A stretch of DNA of 64,000 nt from a bacterium (GTDB taxonomy: Bacteria > Cyanobacteriota > Vampirovibrionia > Gastranaerophilales > Gastranaerophilaceae), in contig JAFYQF010000023.1 of NCBI GenBank assembly GCA_017559905.1, positions 1-64,000 of the forward strand. Direction: 5' to 3'. Positions 58,131-64,000 of the stretch are shown piece after piece. Position 1 is the stretch's first letter, and each line of letters opens with the position of its first letter. A program made the translations under genes and the position numbers. Under the pieces are notes generated by a model. That model was not told the DNA's origin. It saw only the letters and a list, made by a program, of their open reading frames with translations, and searched no databases.

Positions 58131-58940
58131 ATGGGAGCTTTACAGAAATATTACAAACAGTCGGCGACTTATAAAATATTTGTTGGGATTTTAAGTGAAC
58201 TCACGGAGTTTCTTGACACTGTAGGCAAAATAACTATCAAATGCTTTCAACTATTCAAAGCCTTTTTTACATCAAAAATTGATAAAAAAGAACTGATGGA
58301 ACAATGCCACAGATTTGGAGTAACATCACTTCCAATCACGTTATCAATTGTTGGAATGACCTCTATTATTGTTTCTTCTCAAGTTGCAGAGGAAATGGTT
58401 AAACAAGGTGGTGGACATTTAGTCGGATTGCTAATAACTATGCTTATTATCAGAGAAGTTGGGGCAATTATGTCAGGATTTGCGATTACCTCAATGATAG
58501 GATCATCAATGGCATCTGAACTAGCCACAATGAGAGTAACAGAACAAATTGATGCAATGGAAGTATTAAAAGTTAACCCTGTTGAATATCTATTTGTACC
58601 TAGAGTTCTTGCAGGAATTCTTATGATGCCTGTTATAGTAATTTTAGTATCAGTTGTCGGGGTTCTTGCGGGCGCTATCACATCAGCATTGACAACCGAC
58701 TTAACTTTCATAGCCTACTTCGATTCTGCTTGGTTGGGTGTTTATATGAAAGATTTAAGTGTGTGCTTGCTAAAAGCTGTAGCTTTCGGCGGAACAATTG
58801 CTTTAATCAGTTGCACTTGTGGATTTCACGCATCAGGAGGCGCAAAAGGCGTTGGTTTAGCTACAACTAAAGCCGTTGTTTGGTCTTTCGTATCAATAGT
58901 TATATGGGACATGCTATTTGCCATAGCATTTTTCTTCTAA
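58131..58940 (+). CDS. mlaE: MlaE/YrbE-family ABC permease
   Basis: 269-aa polytopic permease immediately followed by an ABC ATPase. Confidence 0.75.
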   Translation: MGALQKYYKQSATYKIFVGILSELTEFLDTVGKITIKCFQLFKAFFTSKIDKKELMEQCHRFGVTSLPITLSIVGMTSIIVSSQVAEEMVKQGGGHLVGLLITMLIIREVGAIMSGFAITSMIGSSMASELATMRVTEQIDAMEVLKVNPVEYLFVPRVLAGILMMPVIVILVSVVGVLAGAITSALTTDLTFIAYFDSAWLGVYMKDLSVCLLKAVAFGGTIALISCTCGFHASGGAKGVGLATTKAVVWSFVSIVIWDMLFAIAFFF

Positions 58941-58960
58941 ACATTATAAGGACAAAATTT

Positions 58961-59680
58961 ATGAGTATTGAAGTTAAAAATTTAATAAAAACATTTGATG
59001 ACAAAAGAGTAATTGACGAAGTTTCCTTCAAAGTAAACGATAGTGAAACCTTGGCAGTGGTTGGCTTCAGTGGTTCTGGGAAAAGTACCATTTTAAAACT
59101 TATTTGTGGACTTCTTAAGCCTGATAGCGGAGAAATTATGACAACAGAAGGCGATATTGCTATGGTTTTTCAATACTCTGCACTTTTTGACTCCTTGAAT
59201 GTTGCTGACAATATTTCTTTTGCTCTGCGAGAAAGAAAAGATTTAAGGAAAAAATATAACGAAGACGAATTAAAAGAAATTGTCCGCCAAAAACTTGAAC
59301 TAGTTGGCTTAAAGGGAATAGAAAACAAATTTCCATCAGAACTTTCAGGTGGTATGCAAAAACGTGTAAGCTTTGCTCGTGCAATCGTAACAGAGCCAAA
59401 TACCATTCTCTATGACGAGCCGACAGCTGGATTAGACCCAATATCTTCAACGCTAATAGAAGATTACATTGTAAGACTGAAAGAAGAAACAAAAGCCGCA
59501 TCTATAGTAGTAACACACCAAATGTCAACAATAACAAGAACTGCAGATAGAGTAATAATGTTATACGATGGCAAAATAGTATTTGAAGGAACTCCAGAAG
59601 AAATGTTACGCCAAGAAAATGAATACACAAAACAATTTGTAACAGCTTCTTTAGAAGGTCCTATGAAAATGATTGCTTGA
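58961..59680 (+). CDS. mlaF: MlaF-like ABC transporter ATP-binding protein
   Basis: Walker A 'GFSGSGKST', signature 'LSGGMQKRV' and Walker B 'ILYDEPTAGLD' are present. The start was moved to the ATG at 58961 (AAGGAC RBS); the ORF track's 58880 start overlaps mlaE. Confidence 0.8.
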   Translation: MSIEVKNLIKTFDDKRVIDEVSFKVNDSETLAVVGFSGSGKSTILKLICGLLKPDSGEIMTTEGDIAMVFQYSALFDSLNVADNISFALRERKDLRKKYNEDELKEIVRQKLELVGLKGIENKFPSELSGGMQKRVSFARAIVTEPNTILYDEPTAGLDPISSTLIEDYIVRLKEETKAASIVVTHQMSTITRTADRVIMLYDGKIVFEGTPEEMLRQENEYTKQFVTASLEGPMKMIA

Positions 59681-59756
59681 TAAAATAATTTGTGATATAT
59701 TGAATTGGCGGTAAAAATACCGCACCCCATACGTAACTAAATTAAGAGGATATGTA

Positions 59757-61013
59757 ATGAGTACACTGGAAGAAAAACTGTTTAATGAACACGTAATGAC
59801 ATTAGACACTTACATTATGTTCAAAATTAAAGAAAAACAAACAAAACTTACACCGGAATTAACTGCTAAAAACAGAGCTCCAATATCACTATCAATGGGT
59901 GCTCCTACAGCAGCTCCACCAAAATTTGTAACTGATAAATTAAGAGAAGTTTTATCAGAAGACGGTATTCACACGTACTCAATCCCAAAAGGAGAACAAT
60001 ACTTTAGAGATGCAATTGCACAAAGAATGAAAACAAGATTTGGTGTGACACTCGATGCTAGCACTGAAATTTGCACTCTTATAGGTTCTAAAGAAGGGCT
60101 AGCAAATACAATGAGAGCTCTTATCAACCCTAAACACGACAAAAAAGATCAAGATATAATTATGGTACCAGACCCTGGATACGCTTCTTATTCTCAATTT
60201 ATACAAGCATCTGGCGGTCACGCATACCCAATTCCACTTTTAAAAGAAAATAACTATATGCCTGATATGGATAAAGTTATGAATCAACTAAAGGCAGAAG
60301 GGTTTGATGCAAACAAAGTTAAAGCCCTAGTTGTAAACTATCCAAACAACCCACTAGGCATTTCTGCAACAAGAGAATACTTACAATCAGTAGTTGATTT
60401 CTGTAAAAAACACGAAATTTTATTGATGTCAGATGCTGCTTATTGTGATTTATATTTTTCTGAAGATGAAAAGCCTTTCAGTATTCTTGAACTTGACGGC
60501 GCTAAAGATATTGCAATAGAATTCTTTAGCCTTTCAAAACCTTATGCACTAACTGGCTGGAGATTAGGCTGGGTTTGCGGGAATGCATCAATCGTTCAAC
60601 GCATAGCAAAAGTTAAATCAACAATAGACAACGGCCCATTTAAAGCTATGCAAAAAGCTTGCGCAGCCGTTATGAATTCAAATGAAGGCGATGAATATAT
60701 TGAAAGAATGAATTTAGGTTTCCAAAAGAAACAAGAAATTATGCTTAAAGGTTTAAAAGAACTAGGATGGGACATTGATGAAGATAAAGTTCCGCATACA
60801 ACATTCTATCTTTGGTTGCCAATCCCTGCAAGATTTTCTAACGCATTTGAATTTTGTGAAGCTTTATTAGAAAAATCTGGTATCGTAGTCGTTCCTGGCA
60901 ACGCTTTTGGAAAATACGGAGAAGGTTATTTCAGAATATCTTACGTATGCAGTGATGATAAACTTCAAGAAGTTATAGACCGTATGAAAGCTGACGGATT
61001 TAGATTCAACTAA
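59757..61013 (+). CDS. PLP-dependent class-I aminotransferase (LL-diaminopimelate aminotransferase-like)
   Basis: PLP-Lys region 'FFSLSKPYALTGWRLGW'. 418 aa. Confidence 0.6.
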   Translation: MSTLEEKLFNEHVMTLDTYIMFKIKEKQTKLTPELTAKNRAPISLSMGAPTAAPPKFVTDKLREVLSEDGIHTYSIPKGEQYFRDAIAQRMKTRFGVTLDASTEICTLIGSKEGLANTMRALINPKHDKKDQDIIMVPDPGYASYSQFIQASGGHAYPIPLLKENNYMPDMDKVMNQLKAEGFDANKVKALVVNYPNNPLGISATREYLQSVVDFCKKHEILLMSDAAYCDLYFSEDEKPFSILELDGAKDIAIEFFSLSKPYALTGWRLGWVCGNASIVQRIAKVKSTIDNGPFKAMQKACAAVMNSNEGDEYIERMNLGFQKKQEIMLKGLKELGWDIDEDKVPHTTFYLWLPIPARFSNAFEFCEALLEKSGIVVVPGNAFGKYGEGYFRISYVCSDDKLQEVIDRMKADGFRFN

Positions 61014-61030
61014 AAAACATTTTTAAACTA

Positions 61031-61062
61031 AAAAAGAGCCTTTTAATAAGGCTCTTTTAAAT
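61031..61062. terminator. Bidirectional intrinsic terminator
   Basis: Hairpin aaagagcctt-ttaata-aggctcttt. Confidence 0.7.
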
Positions 61063-61103
61063 TATATATAAAATCGGCAAATTTATTTTATTACTCTGTT
61101 GTC

Positions 61104-61475
61104 CTATGAAAGTGCCATTAATGCTTTAATAGAACGAGCGTTATCTCTCACTTCTTCATCAGAATGATTTTCTACTGTATCTTCAAGAATTCTGATTGCT
61201 TCAGCTTTGTCTTCAAGTGATAACAACTCATTGATTGTACACATTGCAACACCTGTAGACATATCGTTAATACCTTTACCTTTGTTTGTAATAACTACTC
61301 TCAAAGATTCTGGCATATTTTTTTGAACAAGCGCTTTAGCTGTCATTTCACGAATTTCATCAACTTTAGAGTTTGTTCCGATATCTTCTAACACACTAAC
61401 AGATTCCGGGTTTTGATGCATAGCCAACCCATCAATAATATTTTTTACGTTTTTTACAATTTTTTTATCTACCAT
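61104..61475 (-). CDS. HEAT-like repeat protein (PBS-lyase HEAT-like)
   Basis: Repeated 'E.VR..A..AL' helical units. Confidence 0.4.
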   Translation of the reverse strand: MVDKKIVKNVKNIIDGLAMHQNPESVSVLEDIGTNSKVDEIREMTAKALVQKNMPESLRVVITNKGKGINDMSTGVAMCTINELLSLEDKAEAIRILEDTVENHSDEEVRDNARSIKALMALS

Positions 61476-61487
61476 TAGTCAACCCTC

Positions 61488-62081
61488 CTATGATGCCAAA
61501 CTTGCTTCCCAAGCTTGTACATTATCCATCAACAATTGTCTAGGAATAGAAATATCTTCCATTTTAGAAATTTGTTTTGCTGAAATACCATTATCAAAGA
61601 TAGTGTGTAAAGCTTCGCCAACTTTAGCGCCTACATCCATTTTAAGAACTTCGCCAGCTTTAGCACCTACAACACTTGCGTCCATCTTGAGGGCTTCACC
61701 AAATTTTTCACCAGCTTTTGACATAGCTTTAATAGCAGGTTCAAAAGTTACTTCTGTTTCAGACAATTTGTTCCAGAAATTAATTGGGTATTCTGCAATT
61801 CTTTTTGCAAAATTAACTGCTGATTCGATACCAGCTTTAATTTTGTTACCAAAATCAGAGATTGAACCAACCAAAGCACTTGCTTTTAATTTACCGGTAA
61901 AATTAATTGCATTAGCTTGTTTTTCTTTTGCGTTTTCGCTAACAAATACGTCTGCTGTCAAAACATTGCCCTTGAATGATGTTTGAGCAAATGGATTTGA
62001 TGTTCTGGCAACAGTTTTTTCGTGTTTCGTAGGATTAAAAATACGTTCACGAATGCTTGAGATAGATAATAAATCTGCCAT
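61488..62081 (-). CDS. Hypothetical protein with short internal repeats
   Basis: 'GEALKMDASVVGAKAGEVLKMDVGAKVGEAL'. Confidence 0.45.
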   Translation of the reverse strand: MADLLSISSIRERIFNPTKHEKTVARTSNPFAQTSFKGNVLTADVFVSENAKEKQANAINFTGKLKASALVGSISDFGNKIKAGIESAVNFAKRIAEYPINFWNKLSETEVTFEPAIKAMSKAGEKFGEALKMDASVVGAKAGEVLKMDVGAKVGEALHTIFDNGISAKQISKMEDISIPRQLLMDNVQAWEASLAS

Positions 62082-62241
62082 GTGTGTAATCCTTTCTTTT
62101 GTAAACTTCTCTACTCTATTAGAATACCATACGATTTTATATTTTTATCAACCTTTTGGTGTATTCTTGAGGCAAAAAACCTATACAAAAGTTGGAGATT
62201 TTTTTTACACTTTAAGCAAATATTTGTGATACGATTATAAT

Positions 62242-63021
62242 ATGGGATATTTAAACAAACTTGTAGATTTAATAGCAGTCTTACGATCAGAAAACGGATG
62301 CCCTTGGGATAGGGAGCAAACACACATGACACTTCGACCTAACATGGTTGAAGAAGCTTACGAAGCAATTGATGCGATTAATGCAAACGACATGGAACAT
62401 TTAAAAGAAGAATTGGGTGATGTTTTATTACAAGTAATACTACACTCGCAAATTGCCTCTGAAGAAAAGGTTTTTGACATAGAAGACGTTGCAAAAGGAT
62501 TACATGACAAGATTATCCACAGACACCCGCACGTATTTGGAAATCAAAAAGTAAATACACCTGAAGAAGCGCTAAAAAGCTGGGATGCAATAAAAAAAGA
62601 AGAGAAAAAGCACAGAAAATCAGCTATGGATGGTGTTTCTAAAGCTCAATCTGCACTAATGAGCGCGCAAAAGATTAGCAAAAAAGCCGTTAAATGCGGG
62701 TTTGAATGGCCCAACAAGCAATCTCTTATTGATTGTATTCAATCTGAATTTAAAGAGTTTGAAGAAGCTGTAATAGAAAACGACAAAACCCACATGGAAG
62801 ATGAAATGGGTGACATTCTTTTTGCAGTAGTAAATCTAGCTCGTTGGCACAAAATCGACGCAGAACAGGCGCTAATCAACGCTAATAACAAATTTATGCA
62901 ACGTTTTAGAAAAATGGAAGAACTTGCAACAAAACCCCTTGAAGAATATACATTTGAAGAATACGACAGACTTTGGAAGTCCGCAAAGAAAGAAATATCG
63001 AACCTTTCCGACAAATATTAA
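62242..63021 (+). CDS. mazG: Nucleoside triphosphate pyrophosphohydrolase MazG
   Basis: Tandem MazG domains ('EEAYEAIDAI...ELGDVLLQV', 'EFEEAVIENDKTHMEDEMGDILFAVVNLAR'). Confidence 0.85.
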   Translation: MGYLNKLVDLIAVLRSENGCPWDREQTHMTLRPNMVEEAYEAIDAINANDMEHLKEELGDVLLQVILHSQIASEEKVFDIEDVAKGLHDKIIHRHPHVFGNQKVNTPEEALKSWDAIKKEEKKHRKSAMDGVSKAQSALMSAQKISKKAVKCGFEWPNKQSLIDCIQSEFKEFEEAVIENDKTHMEDEMGDILFAVVNLARWHKIDAEQALINANNKFMQRFRKMEELATKPLEEYTFEEYDRLWKSAKKEISNLSDKY

Positions 63022-63100
63022 CAATTGTAAACTAGCCACACTCCAAAAAGGCAATTATGAGAGCTAGAAATTGTTTATATAAATATACAGGAAAGAGGTT

Positions 63101-63310
63101 TTGATTATGAACGAAAAAGAACTAAACACAATGATGTCAGTTGTTTCTGACCCAATCAAAAACGTATATAAAATTGAATCTAGAAAAGATTTAGAAGAAA
63201 TCCAAAGAATTATTAGAATCTTCAATATTGCAGAAGAACAACATAACAAACACACAATGTTGTCTATCAAGAATTTAGCAACATTCAGACTTGTTTTAAG
63301 CAATAACTAA
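63101..63310 (+). CDS. Small hypothetical protein (69 aa)
   Basis: ORF with a GGAAAGAGG RBS. Confidence 0.3.
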   Translation: MIMNEKELNTMMSVVSDPIKNVYKIESRKDLEEIQRIIRIFNIAEEQHNKHTMLSIKNLATFRLVLSNN

Positions 63311-63372
63311 AATTTTGACAAAATCTCTTTTCGTTTCAAGCGGGCACCCAACAAGGTGTCCGTTATTTGTTG

Positions 63373-63747
63373 TTATATCATTGCGTATATGACAGAACCA
63401 AACATTATCAACCCAATTGAAATCGCAATAAACGTTGCAAACATTACAGCCCCAGCAGAGATATCCTTTGCCATACCAACAAGTTTAGAATACTTGTTGT
63501 GAAACATAGCATCAAGCGTGAACTCAATTGCAGAATTAAGCATTTCCGCAACTACAACCAAACCAATCGCCAACAAGAGGATACAAAGCTTAGCCACACT
63601 CAAATCAAGCACTAATCCCAAAACAATAACAAACAATGCAATAAAAAAATGCACACGCATATTGTTTTCAGTTTTCAAACAAATACGAATCCCCTTACCT
63701 GCATTTTTGAAAGTGTTATTGATACCTTGAGATTTAAATCTAGTCAT
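63373..63747 (-). CDS. dgkA: Diacylglycerol kinase / undecaprenol kinase DgkA family
   Basis: 124-aa, 3-TM protein with 'VAEMLNSAIEFTLD'. Confidence 0.8.
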   Translation of the reverse strand: MTRFKSQGINNTFKNAGKGIRICLKTENNMRVHFFIALFVIVLGLVLDLSVAKLCILLLAIGLVVVAEMLNSAIEFTLDAMFHNKYSKLVGMAKDISAGAVMFATFIAISIGLIMFGSVIYAMI

Positions 63748-64000
63748 ATTTTATCCCTATAGCTTCTAACGCTTCGTTTTGAAGATTAACAACAAAATTA
63801 TACTCATCTTCAGTCTGATGGTCAAACCCTAACAAATGCAAAATACCATGACTTATTAAAAAAGACAATTCCTGTTCATCTGTTTTTCCTTTTTTTAAAG
63901 CTTCCTCTTTAACCTTATCTAGAGCAATAATAACCTCTCCCAGATTAATTTCACCATCAAAAATAAACTTTTCTTCACTGTCGGCAAATATAGCAAACGT
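63740..64000 (-). CDS. ybeY: rRNA maturation endoribonuclease YbeY (3' part; 5' end beyond window)
   Basis: 'HGILHLLGFDHQTEDE' is the YbeY H3xH5xH metal motif. Its stop overlaps the dgkA start by 8 nt. Confidence 0.8.
   Translation of the reverse strand, partial: TFAIFADSEEKFIFDGEINLGEVIIALDKVKEEALKKGKTDEQELSFLISHGILHLLGFDHQTEDEYNFVVNLQNEALEAIGIKYD

Overview
Low-GC (~33%) bacterial chromosome segment. Outer-membrane-type genes (MlaEF, a type-IV-pilin-like gene) sit beside PFOR, GlnA and an LL-DAP-type aminotransferase, so the source is probably an anaerobic Gram-negative. A Melainabacteria/Vampirovibrionia-like origin is plausible but is inference only.

The flanks (1-23.6 kb and 38.7-64 kb) carry ordinary core genes: recN, a sigma-70 factor, rlmD, nifJ/PFOR, an mtaB-like gene, mnmG, glnA, mlaEF, mazG, dgkA and ybeY.

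The centre (~23.7-38.2 kb) is an accessory island inserted at the 3' end of tRNA-Asn(GTT). Reading left to right it contains:
- a large serine recombinase whose ORF runs into the tRNA
- an ABC/AAA_21-like ATPase followed by a macro-domain protein
- a minimal Nme-like type II-C CRISPR-Cas9 locus
- a 131-aa mini-Sir2
- a structured-RNA-like leader, small acidic ORFs, an N-truncated tyrosine integrase and a Fic pseudogene carrying one in-frame TAA
- two ~160-bp direct repeats, the first ending in a 17-nt copy of the tRNA-Asn attachment core, indicating tandem or composite integration.

The CRISPR-Cas9 locus consists of:
- an intact, nuclease-competent cas9 (1035 aa)
- a tracrRNA with its own sigma-70 promoter, a near-full-length anti-repeat and an intrinsic terminator
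- a 6-repeat/5-spacer array (36-bp repeats, 30-bp spacers) in which every repeat ends in an extended -10 box (TGTATAAT)
- no adaptation module: cas1 survives only as a 54-codon N-terminal stub still ATGA-coupled to the cas9 stop, and cas2 is absent.

The most unusual point is an interference-only Cas9 locus embedded between NAD/ADP-ribose-related genes (Sir2, Macro) and an ATPase on a tRNA-integrated element. Outside the island there are several EF-hand fusion proteins (one with an HExxH metallopeptidase motif, one with an arginine-deiminase-superfamily domain) and a frameshifted pilin-like gene.
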